Of a DNA stretch of 64,000 nucleotides, positions 51,550-63,100 are shown piece after piece. Position 1 is the first letter of the stretch, and every line of letters begins with the position of its first letter. A model generated the notes under the pieces. It was not told where the DNA came from, searched no databases, and worked only from the letters and a program-made list of their open reading frames with translations. A program made the translations under genes and the position numbers. The DNA lies in contig OZ024758.1 in the NCBI GenBank assembly GCA_964016885.1, positions 40,052,001 through 40,116,000 on the forward strand. Reading direction: 5' to 3'. The stretch is from Eledone cirrhosa. Its lineage: Eukaryota.

Positions 51550-54500
51550 AGGATAGCTTAGCTTAGGATAGCTTAGGATAGCTTAGGATAGCTTAGCTTA
51601 GGATAGCTTAGCTTAGGATAGCTTAGGATAGCTTAGCTTAGGATAGCTTAGGATAGCTTAGCTTAGGATAGCTTAGCTTAGGATAGCTTAGCTTAGCTTA
51701 GCTTAGGAGAGCTTAGCTTAGGATAGCTTAGGATAGCTTAGCTTAGGTAGCTTAGCTTAGGATAGCTTAGGATAGCTTAGCTTAGCTTAGCTTAGGATAG
51801 CTTTGCTTAGCTTAGCTTAGGATAGCTTAGCTTAGCTTAGGATAGCTTAGCTTAGCTTACCTTAGGATAGCTTAGCTTAGCTTAGCTTAGGATAGCTTAG
51901 CTTAGCTTAGCTGAGGATAGCTTAGCTTAGCTTAGGATAGCTTAGCTTAGCTTAGCTTAGGATAGCTTAGCTTAGCTTAGCTTAGGATTACTTAGCTTAG
52001 CTTAGTTTAGCTTAGGATAGCTTAGCTTAGGATAGCTTAGCTTAGCTTAGCTTAGGATAGCTTAGCTTAGCTTAGCTTAGCTTAGGATAGCTAAGCTTAG
52101 CTTAGGATAGCTTAGCTTAGCTTAGCTTAGGATAGCTTAGCTTAGCTTAGCTTAGCTTAGGACAGCTTAGCTTAGCTTAGGATAGCTTAGCTTAGCTTAG
52201 CTTAGGATAGCTTAGCTTAGCTTAGCTTAGTATAGCTTAGCTTAGCTTAGGATAGCTTAGGATAGCTTAGCTTAGGATAGCTTAGGATAGCTTAGCTTAG
52301 GATAGCTTAGGATAGCTTAGCTTAGGATAGCTTAGCTTAGGATAGCTTAGCTTAGCTTAGCTTAGGATAGCTTAGCTTGGGATAGCTTAGGATAGCTTAG
52401 CTTAGGAAAGCTTAGCTTAGGATAGCTTAGCTTAGGATAGCTTAGGATAGCTTAGCTTAGCTTAGCTTAGGATAGCTTAGCTTAGCTTAGCTTAGGATAG
52501 CTTAGCTTAGCTTAGCTTAGGATAGCTTAGCTTAGCTTAGGATAGCTTAGCTTAGCTTAGCTTAGGATAGCTTAGCTTAGCTTAGCTTAGGATAACTTAG
52601 CTTAGCTTAGCTTAGGATAGCTTAGCATAGCTTAGGATAGCTTAGCTTAGCTTAGGATAGCTTAGCTTAGCTTAGGATAGCTTAGCTTAGCTTAGCTTAG
52701 GATAGCTTAGCTTAGCTTAGCTTAGGATAGCTTAGCTTAGCTTAGCTTAGGATAGCTTAGGATAGCTTAGCCTAGCTTAGCTTAGGATAGCTTAGCTTAG
52801 CTTAGCTTAGGATAGCTTAGCTTAGCTTAGCTTAGGATAGCTTAGCTTAGCTTAGCTTAGGATAGCTTAGCTTAGGATAGCTTAGCTTAGCTTAGTTTAG
52901 GATAGCTTAGCTTAGGATAGCTTAGCTTAGCTTAGGATAGCTTAGCTTAGCTTAGCTTAGGATAGCTTAGCTTAGCTTAGCTTAGGATAGCTTAGCTTAG
53001 CTTAGCTTAGGATAGCTTAGCTTAGCTTGGCTTAGGATAGCTTAGCTTAGCTTAGCTTAGGATAGCTTAGCTTAGCTTAGCTTAGGATAGCTTAGCTTAG
53101 CTTAGGATAGCTTAGCTTAATTTAGGATAGCTTAGCTTAGCTTGGCTTAGGATAGCTTAGCTTAGCTTAGGATAGCTTAGCTTAGGATAGCTTAGGATAG
53201 CTTAGCTTAGCATAGCTTAGGATAGCTTAGCTTAGGATAGCTTAGGATAGCTTAGCTTAGGATAGCTTAGGATAGCTTAGCTTAGGATAGCTTAGGATAG
53301 CTTAGCTTAGGATAGCTTAGCTTAGGATAGCTTAGCTTAGCTTAGCTTAGGATAGCTTAGCTTAGCTTAGCTTAGGATAGCTTAGGATAGCTTAGCTTAG
53401 GATAGCTTAGGATAGCTTAGCTTAGGATAGCTTAGCTTAGGATAGCTTAGCTTAGGATAGCTTAGCTTAGCTTAGGAGAGCTTAGCTTAGCTTAGCTTAG
53501 GATAGCTTAGCTTAGCTTAGCTTAGGATAGCTTAGCTTAGCTTAGCTTAGGATAGCTTAGGATAGCTTAGCCTAGCTTAGCTTAGGATAGCTTAGCTTAG
53601 CTTAGCTTAGGATAGCTTAGCTTAGCTTAGCTTAGGATAGCTTAGCTTAGCTTAGCTTAGGATAGCTTAGCTTAGGATAGCTTAGCTTAGCTTAGTTTAG
53701 GATAGCTTAGCTTAGGATAGCTTAGCTTAGCTTAGGATAGCTTAGATTAGCTTAGCTTAGGATAGCTTAGCTTAGCTTAGCTTAGGATAGCTTAGCTTAG
53801 CTTAGCTTAGGATAGCTTAGCTTAGCTTAGCTTAGGATAGCTTAGCTTAGCTTGGCTTAGGATAGCTTAGCTTAACTTAGCTTAGGATAGCTTAGCTTAG
53901 CTTAGCTTAGGATAGCTTAGCTTAGCTTAGGATAGCTTAGCTTAATTTAGGATAGCTTAGCTTAGCTTGGCTTAGGATAGCTTAGCTTAGCTTAGCTTAG
54001 GATAGCTTAGCTTAGGATAGCTTAGGATAGCTTAGCTTAGCATAGCTTAGGATAGCTTAGCTTAGGATAGCTTAGGATAGCTTAGCTTAGGATAGCTTAG
54101 GATAGCTTAGCTTAGGATAGCTTAGGATAGCTTAGCTTAGGATAGCTTAGCTTAGGATAGCTTAGCTTAGCTTAGCTTAGGATAGCTTAGCTTAGCTTAG
54201 CTTAGGATAGCTTAGGATAGCTTAGCTTAGGATAGCTTAGGATAGCTTAGCTTAGGATAGCTTAGCTTAGTATAGCTTAGCTTAGGATAGCTTAGCTTAG
54301 GATAGCTTAGGATAGCTTAGCTTAGGATAGCTTAGCTTAGGATAGCTTAGGATAGCTTAGCTTAGCTTAGGATAGCTTAGCTTAGCTTAGCTTAGGATAG
54401 CTTAGCTTAGCTTAGCTTAGGATAGCTTAGGATAGCTTAGCTTAGGATAGCTTAGGATAGCTTAGCTTAGGATAGCTTAGGATAGCTTAGCTTAGGATAG

Positions 54501-55400
54501 CTTAGCTTAGGATAGCTTAGCTTAGCTTAGCTTAGGAGAGCTTAGCTTAGGATAGCTTAGGATAGCTTAGCTTAGGATAGCTTAGCTTAGGATAGCTTAG
54601 GATAGCTTAGCTTAGCTTAGCTTAGGATAGCTTAGCTTAGCTTAGCTTAGGATAGCTTAGCTTAGCTTAGGATAGCTTAGCTTAGCTTACCTTAGGATAG
54701 CTTAGCTTAGCTTAGCTTAGGATAGCTTAGCTTAGCTTAGCTTAGGATAGCTTAGCTTAGCTTAGGATAGCTTAGCTTAGCTTAGCTTAGGATAGCTTAG
54801 CTTAGCTTAGCTTAGGATTACTTAGCTTAGCTTAGCTTAGCTTAGGATAGCTTAGCTTAGGATAGCTTAGCTTAGCTTAGCTTAGGATAGCTTAGCTTAG
54901 CTTAGCTTAGCTTAGGATAGCTAAGCTTAGCTTAGGATAGCTTAGCTTATCTTAGCTTAGGATAGCTTAGCTTAGCTTAGCTTAGCTTAGCTTAGGACAG
55001 CTTAGCTTACCTTAGCTTAGGATAGCTTAGCTTAGCTTAGCTTAGGATAGCTTAGCTTAGCTTAGCTTAGTATAGCTTAGCTTAGCTTAGGATAGCTTAG
55101 GATAGCTTAGCTTAGGATAGCTTAGGATAGCTTAGCTTAGGATAGCTTAGGATAGCTTAGCTTAGGATAGCTTAGCTTAGGATAGCTTAGCTTAGCTTAG
55201 CTTAGGATAGCTTAGCTTGGGATAGCTTAGGATAGCTTAGCTTAGGAAAGCTTAGCTTAGGATAGCTTAGCTTAGGATAGCTTAGGATAGCTTAGCTTAG
55301 CTTAGCTTAGGATAGCTTAGCTTAGCTTAGCTTAGGATAGCTTAGCTTAGCTTAGGATAGCTTAGCTTAGCTTAGGATAGCTTAGCTTAGCTTAGCTTAG
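51550..55400 (+). repeat. Marker block repeated at ~2.83 kb spacing (a third related copy at ~50400-50860)
   Basis: CTTAC 51856/54686, GATTA 51986/54816 and CTAAG 52091/54921 (offset 2830); TATAG 52231/55071, CTTGG 52376/55216 and GAAAG 52406/55246 (2840). GATTA 50402, GACAG 50597, CTTGG 50822 and GAAAG 50852 form a third related copy. Confidence 0.8.
52680..54300 (+). repeat. ~0.8 kb tandem duplication
   Basis: CCTAG 52771/53571 and TTTAG 52896/53696 (offset 800); CTTAA-TTTAG 53116/53941 and CTTGG 53141/53966 (825); CATAG 53211/54041 (830). Confidence 0.85.
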
Positions 55401-56479
55401 GATAGCTTAGCTTAGCTTAGGATAGCTTAGCTTAGCTTAGCTTAGGATAGCTTAGCTTAGCTTAGGATAGCTTAGCTTAGCTTAGGATAGCTTAGCTTAG
55501 CTTAGGATAGCTTAGCTTAGGATAGTTTAGCTTAGGATAGCTTAGGATAGCTTAGCTTAGGATAGCTTAGGATAGCTTAGCTTAGGATAGCTTAGCTTAG
55601 CTTAGCTTAGGATAGCTTAGCTTAGCTTAGGTAGCTTAGCTTAGCTTAGCTTAGGATAGCTTAGCTTAGGATAGCTTAGGATAGCTTAGCTTAGCTTAGC
55701 TTAGGATAGCTTAGCATAGCTTAGGATAGCTTAGCTTAGCTTAGGTTAGCTTAGCTTAGCTTAGGATAGCTTAGCTTAGCTTAGCTTAGGATAGCTTAGC
55801 TTAGCTTAGCTTAGGATAGCTTAGCTTAGCTTAGCTTAGGATAGCTTAGCTTAGCTTAGCTTAGGATAGCTTAGCTTAGCTTAGCTTAGGATAGCTTAGC
55901 TTAGCTTAGCTTAGGATAGCTTAGCTTAGCTTAGCTTAGGATAGCTTAGCTTAGCTTAGTTTAGGATAGCTTAGCTTAGGATAGCTTAGCTTAGCTTAGG
56001 ATAGCTTAGCTTAGCTTAGCTTAGGATAGCTTAGCTTAGCTTAGCTTAGGATAGCTCAGCTTAGCTTAGCTAAGGATAGCTTAGCTTAGCTTGGCTTAGG
56101 ATAGCTTAGCTTAGCTTAGCTTAGGATAGCTTAGCTTAGCTTAGCTTAGGATAGCTTAGCTTAGCTTAGCTTAGGATAGCTTAGCTTAGCTTAGCTTAGG
56201 ATAGCTTAGCTTAATTTAGGATAGCTTAGTTTAGCTTGGCTTAGGATAGCTTAGCTTAGCTTTGCTTAGGATAGCTTAGCTTAGGATAGCTTAGGATAGC
56301 TTAGCTTAGCATAGCTTAGGATAGCTTAGCTTAGGATAGCTTAGCTTAGGATAGCTTAGGATAGCTTAGCTTAGGATAGCTTAGGATAGCTTAGCTTAGG
56401 ATAGCTTAGCTTAGGATAGCTTAGCTTAGCTTAGATTAGGATAGCTTAGCTTAGCTTAGCTTAGGATAGCTTAGGATAG

Positions 56480-59400
56480 CTTAGCTTAGGATAGCTTAGG
56501 ATAGCTTAGCTTAGGATAGCTTAGCTTAGGATAGCTTAGCTTAGGATAGCTTAGGATAGCTTAGCTTAGGATAGCTTAGCTTAGGATAGCTTAGGATAGC
56601 TTAGCTTAGCTTAGGATAGCTTAGCTTAGCTTAGCTTATGATAGCTTAGCTTAGCTTAGCTTAGCTTAGGATAGCTTAGCTTAGCTTAGCTTAGGATAGC
56701 TTAAGATAGCTTAGCTTAGGATAGCTTAGCTTAGCTTAGCTTAGGATAGCTTAGGATAGCTTAGCTTAGGATAGCTTAGGATAGCTTAGCTTAGGATAGC
56801 TTAGCTTAGGATAGCTTAGCTTAGCTTAGCTTAGGAGAGCTTAGCTTAGGAAAGCTTAGGATAGCTTAGCTTAGGATAGCTTAGCTTAGGATAGCTTAGG
56901 ATAGCTTAGCTTAGCTTAGCTTAGGATAGCTTAGCTTAGCTTAGCTTAGGATAGCTTAGCTTAGCTTAGGATAGCTTAGCTTAGCTTACCTTAGGATAGC
57001 TTAGCTTAGCTTAGCTTAGGATAGCTTAGCTTAGCTTAGCTTAGGATAGCTTAGCTTAGCTTAGGATAGCTTAGCTTAGCTTAGCTTAGGATAGCTTAGC
57101 TTAGGATAGCTTAGCTTAGGTTAGCTTAGCTTAGCTTAGCTTAGGATAGCTTAGGATAGCTTAGCTTAGGATAGCTTAGCTTAGCTTAGCTTAGGATAGC
57201 TTAGCTTAGCTTAGGATAGCTTAGCTTAGGATAGCTTAGGATAGCTTAGCTTAGCTTAGCTTAGCTTAGGATAGCTTAGCTTAGCTTAGCTTAGGATAGC
57301 TTAGCTTAGCTTAGGATAGCTTAGCTTAGCTTAGGATAGCTTAGGATAGCTTAGGATAGCTTAGGATAGCTTAGCTTAGGATAGCTTAGCTTAGCTTAGC
57401 TTAGGATAGCTTAGCTTAGCTTAGCTTAGGATAGCTTAGCTTAGCTTAGGATAGCTTAGCTTAGCTTAGCTTAGGATAGCTTAGCTTAGCTTAGCTTAGG
57501 ATAGCTTAGCTTAGCTTAGGATAGCTTAGCTTAGCTTAACTTAGGATAGCTTAGCTTAGCTTAGCTTAGCTTAGGATAGCTTAGCTTAGCTTAGGATAGC
57601 TTAGCTTAGCTTAGCTTAGGATAGCTTAGCTTAGCTTAGGATAGCTTAGCTTAGCTTAGCTTAGGAGAGCTTAGCTTAGCTTAGCTTAGGATAGCTTAGC
57701 TTAGCTTAGCTTAGGATAGCTTAGCTTAGCTTAGCTTAGGATAGCTTAGCTTAGCTTAGCTTAGGATAGCTTAGCTTAGCTTAGCTTAGGATAGCTTAGC
57801 TTAGCTTAGCTTAGGATAGCTTAGCTTAGCTTAGCTTAGGATAGCTTAGCTTAGGATAGCTTAGCTTAGGATAGCTTAGGATAACTTAGCTTAGGATAGC
57901 TTAGCTTAGGATAGCTTAGCTTAGGATAGCTTAGCTTAGGATAGCTTAGGATAGCTTAGCTTAGCTTAGGATAGCTTAGCTTAGCTTTGCTTAGGATAGC
58001 TTAGCTTAGCTTAGCTTAGGATAGCTTAGGATAGCTTAGCTTAGGATAGCTTAGGATAGCTTAGCTTAGGATAGCTTAGCTTAGGATAGCTTAGGATAGC
58101 TTAGCTTAGCTTAGCTTAGGATAGCTTAGCTTAGCTTAGCTTTGGATAGCTTAGCTTAGCTTAGCTTAGCTTAGGATAGCTTAGCTTAGCTTAGGATAGC
58201 TTAGGATAGCTTAGCTTAGGATAGCTTAGGATAGCTTAGCTTAGGATAGCTTAGCTTAAGATAGCTTAGGATAGCTTAGCTTAGGATAGCTTAGCTTAGG
58301 ATAGCTTAGCTTAGCTTAGCTTAGGATAGCTTAGCTTGGGATAGCTTAGGATAGCTTAGCTTAGGATAGCTTAGGATAGCTTAGCTTAGCTTAGCTTAGG
58401 ATAGCTTACCTTAGCTTAGGATAGATTAGCTTAGCTTAGCTTAGGATAGCTTAGCTTAGCTTAGGATAGCTTAGCTTAGCTTAGCTTAGGATAGCTTAGC
58501 TTAGGATAGCTTAGCTTAGGATAGCTTAGCTTAGGATAGCTTAGCTTAGGATAGCTTAGCTTAGGTAGCTTAGCTTAGCTTAGCTTAGGTTAGCTTAGCT
58601 TAGCTTAGCTTAGGATAGCTTAGCTTAGGATAGCTTAGGATAGCTTAGCTTAGCTTAGCTTAGGATAGCTTAGCTTAGCTTAGCTTAGGATAGCTTAGCT
58701 TAGCTTAGGATAGCTTAGCTTAGCTTAGCTTAGGATAGCTTAGCTTAGCTTAGGATAGCTTAGCTTAGCTTAGCTTAGGATAGCTTAGCTTAGCTTAGTT
58801 TAGGATAGCTTAGGTTAGGATAGCTTAGCTTAGCTTAGCTTAGGATAGCTTAGCTTAGCTTAGCTTAGCTTAGGATAGCTTAGCTTAGCTTAGCTTAGGA
58901 TAGCTTAGCTTAGCTTAGGATAGCTTAGCTTAGCTTAGCTTAGGATAGCTTAGCTTAGCTTAGCTTAGGATAGCTTAGCTTGGCTTAGCTTAGGATAGCT
59001 TAGCTTAGCTTGGCTTAGGATAGCCTAGCTTAGCTTAGCTTAGGATGGCTTAGCTTAGCTTAGCTTAGGATAGCTTAGCTTAGCTTAGCTTAGCTTAGTT
59101 TAGGATAGCTTAGCTTAGCTTAGCTTAGGATAGCTTAGGATAGCTTAGCTTAGGATAGCTTAGGATAGCTTAGCTTAGGATAGCTTAGGATAGCTTAGCT
59201 TAGGATAGCTTAGCTTAGGATAGATTAGCTTAGGATAGCTTATGATAGCTTAGCTTAGGATAGCTTAGGATAGCTTAGGATAGCTTAGCTTAGGATAGCT
59301 TAGCTTAGGATAGCTTAGGAAAGCTTAGCTTAGCTTAGCTTAGGATAGCTTAGCTTAGCTTAGGATAGCTTAGCTTAGCTTAGCTTAGCTTAGGATAGCT

Positions 59401-62400
59401 TAGCTTAGCTTAGCTTAGGATAGCTTAGGATAGCTTAGCTTAGGATAACTTAGGATAGCTTAGCTTAGGATAGCTTAGGATAGCTTAGCTTAGGATAGCT
59501 TAGCTTAGGATAGCTTAGCTTAGCTTAGCTTAGCTTAGGATAGCTTAGGATAGCTTAGGATAGCTTAGCTTAGGATAGCTTAGCTTAGGATAGCTTAGGA
59601 TAGCTTAGCTTAGCTTAGCTTAGGATAGCTTAGCTTAGCTTAGCTTAGGATAGCTTAGCTTAGCTTTGCTTAGGATAGCTTAGCTTAGGATAGCTTAGGA
59701 TAGCTTAGCTTAGCATAGCTTAGGATAGCTTAGCTTAGGATAGCTTAGCTTAGGATAGCTTAGGATAGCTTAGCTTAGGATAGCTTAGGATAGCTTAGCT
59801 TAGGATAGCTTAGCTTAGGATAGCTTAGCTTAGCTTAGATTAGGATAGCTTAGCTTAGCTTAGGATAGCTTAGGATAGCTTAGCTTAGGATAGCTTAGGA
59901 TAGCTTAGCTTAGGATAGCTTAGCTTAGGATAGCTTAGCTTAGGATAGCTTAGGATAGCTTAGCTTAGGATAGCTTAGCTTAGGATAGCTTAGGATAGCT
60001 TAGCTTAGCTTAGGATAGCTTAGCTTAGCTTAGCTTATGATAGCTTAGCTTAGCTTAGCTTAGCTTAGGATAGCTTAGCTTAGCTTAGCTTAGGATAGCT
60101 TAGGATAGCTTAGCTTAGGATAGCTTAGCTTAGCTTAGCTTAGGATAGCTTAGGATAGCTTAGCTTAGGATAGCTTAGGATAGCTTAGCTTAGGATAGCT
60201 TAGCTTAGGATAGCTTAGCTTAGCTTAGGAGAGCTTAGCTTAGGAAAGCTTAGGATAGCTTAGCTTAGGATAGCTTAGCTTAGGATAGCTTAGGATAGCT
60301 TAGCTTAGCTTAGCTTAGGATAGCTTAGCTTAGCTTAGCTTAGGATAGCTTAGCTTAGCTTAGGATAGCTTAGCTTAGCTTACCTTAGGATAGCTTAGCT
60401 TAGCTTAGCTTAGGATAGCTTAGCTTAGCTTAGCTTAGGATAGCTTAGCTTAGCTTAGGATAGCTTAGCTTAGCTTAGCTTAGGATAGCTTAGCTTAGGA
60501 TAGCTTAGCTTAGGTTAGCTTAGCTTAGCTTAGCTTAGGATAGCTTAGGATAGCTTAGCTTAGCTTAGCTTAGGATAGCTTAGCTTAGCTTAGGATAGCT
60601 TAGCTTAGGATAGCTTAGGATAGCTTAGCTTAGCTTAGCTTAGCTTAGGATAGCTTAGCTTAGCTTAGCTTAGGATAGCTTAGCTTAGCTTAGGATAGCT
60701 TAGCTTAGCTTAGCTTAGGATAGCTTAGGATAGCTTAGGATAGCTTAGGATAGCTTAGCTTAGGATAGCTTAGCTTAGCTTAGCTTAGGATAGCTTAGCT
60801 TAGCTTAGGATAGCTTAGCTTAGCTTAGCTTAGGATAGCTTAGCTTAGCTTAGCTTAGGATAGCTTAGCTTAGCTTAGCTTAGGTTAGCTTAGCTTAGCT
60901 TAACTTAGGATAGCTTAGCTTAGCTTAGCTTAGCTTAGGATAGCTTAGCTTAGCTTAGGATAGCTTAGCTTAGCTTAGCTTAGGATAGCTTAGCTTAGCT
61001 TAGGTTAGCTTAGCTTAGCTTAGCTTAGGAGAGCTTAGCTTAGCTTAGCTTAGCTTAGGATAGCTTAGCTTAGCTTAGCTTAGGATAGCTTAGCTTAGCT
61101 TAGCTTAGGATAGCTTAGCTTAGCTTAGCTTAGGATAGCTTAGCTTAGCTTAGCTTAGGATAGCTTAGCTTAGCTTAGGATAGCTTAGCTTAGCTTAGCT
61201 TAGGATAGCTTAGGATAGCTTACCTTAGGAGAGCTTAGCTTAGGATAGCTTAGCTTAGGATAGCTTAGGATAACTTAGCTTAGGATAGCTTAGCTTAGGA
61301 TAGCTTAGCTTAGGATAGCTTAGCTTAGGATAGCTTAGGATAGCTTAGCTTAGCTTAGGATAGCTTAGCTTAGCTTTGCTTAGGATAGCTTAGCTTAGCT
61401 TAGCTTAGGATAGCTTAGGATAGCTTAGCTTAGGATAGCTTAGGATAGCTTAGCTTAGGATAGCTTAGCTTAGGATAGCTTAGGATAGCTTAGCTTAGCT
61501 TAGCTTAGGATAGCTTAGCTTAGCTTAGCTTTGGATAGCTTAGCTTAGCTTAGCTTAGCTTAGGATAGCTTAGCTTAGCTTAGGATAGCTTAGGATAGCT
61601 TAGCTTAGGATAGCTTAGGATAGCTTAGCTTAGGATAGCTTAGCTTAAGATAGCTTAGGATAGCTTAGCTTAGGATAGCTTAGCTTAGGATAGCTTAGCT
61701 TAGCTTAGCTTAGGATAGCTTAGCTTGGGATAGCTTAGGATAGCTTAGCTTAGGATAGCTTAGCTTAGGATAGCTTAGGATAGCTTAGCTTAGCTTAGCT
61801 TAGGATAGCTTACCTTAGCTTAGGATAGATTAGCTTAGCTTAGCTTAGGATAGCTTAGCTTAGCTTAGGATAGCTTAGCTTAGCTTAGCTTAGGATAGCT
61901 TAGCTTAGGATAGCTTAGCTTAGGATAGCTTAGCTTAGGATAGCTTAGCTTAGGATAGCTTAGCTTAGGATAGCTTAGCTTAGCTTAGCTTAGGTTAGCT
62001 TAGCTTAGCTTAGCTTAGGATAGCTTAGCTTAGGATAGCTTAGGATAGCTGAGCTTAGCTTAGCTTAGGATAGCTTAGCTTAGCTTAGCTTAGTATAGCT
62101 TAGCTTAGCTTAGCTTAGGATAGCTTAGCTTAGCTTAGCTTAGGATAGCTTAGCTTAGCTTAGGATAGCTTAGCTTAGCTTAGCTTAGGATAGCTTAGCT
62201 TAGCTTAGCTTAGGATAGCTTAGCTTAGCTTAGCTTAGGATAGCTTAGCTTAGCTTAGTTTAGGATAGCTTAGGTTAGGATAGCTTAGCTTAGCTTAGCT
62301 TAGGATAGCTTAGCTTAGCTTAGCTTAGCTTAGGATAGCTTAGCTTAGCTTAGCTTAGGATAGCTTAGCTTAGCTTAGGATAGCTTAGCTTAGCTTAGCT

Positions 62401-63100
62401 TAGGATAGCTTAGCTTAGCTTAGCTTAGGATAGCTTAGCTTAGCTTAGCTTAGGATAGCTTAGCTTAGCTTAGCTTAGGATAGCTTAGCTTAGCTTGGCT
62501 TAGGATAGCCTAGCTTAGCTTAGCTTAGGATGGCTTAGCTTAGCTTAGCTTAGGATAGCTTAGCTTAGCTTAGCTTAGCTTAGTTTAGGATAGCTTAGCT
62601 TAGCTTAGCTTAGGATAGCTTAGGATAGCTTAGCTTAGGATAGCTTAGGATAGCTTAGCTTAGGATAGCTTAGGATAGCTTAGCTTAGGATAGCTTAGCT
62701 TAGGATAGCTTAGCTTAGGATAGCTTATGATAGCTTAGCTTAGGATAGCTTAGGATAGCTTAGGATAGCTTAGCTTAGGATAGCTTAGCTTAGGATAGCT
62801 TAGGAAAGCTTAGCTTAGCTTAGCTTAGGATAGCTTAGCTTAGCTTAGGATAGCTTAGCTTAGCTTAGCTTAGCTTAGGATAGCTTAGCTTAGCTTAGCT
62901 TAGGATAGCTTAGGATAGCTTAGCTTAGGATAACTTAGGATAGCTTAGCTTAGGATAGCTTAGGATAGCTTAGCTTAGGATAGCTTAGCTTAGGATAGCT
63001 TAGCTTAGCTTAGCTTAGCTTAGGATAGCTTAGGATAGCTTAGGATAGCTTAGCTTAGGATAGCTTAGCTTAGGATAGCTTAGGATAGCTTAGCTTAGCT
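56480..63100 (+). repeat. ~3.4 kb higher-order repeat, about two tandem copies
   Basis: GAGAG 56835/60229, GAAAG 56850/60244 and CTTAC 56985/60379 (offset 3394); GATAA 57880/61269, CTTTG 57985/61374 and CTTTG 58140/61529 (3389). Confidence 0.85.
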
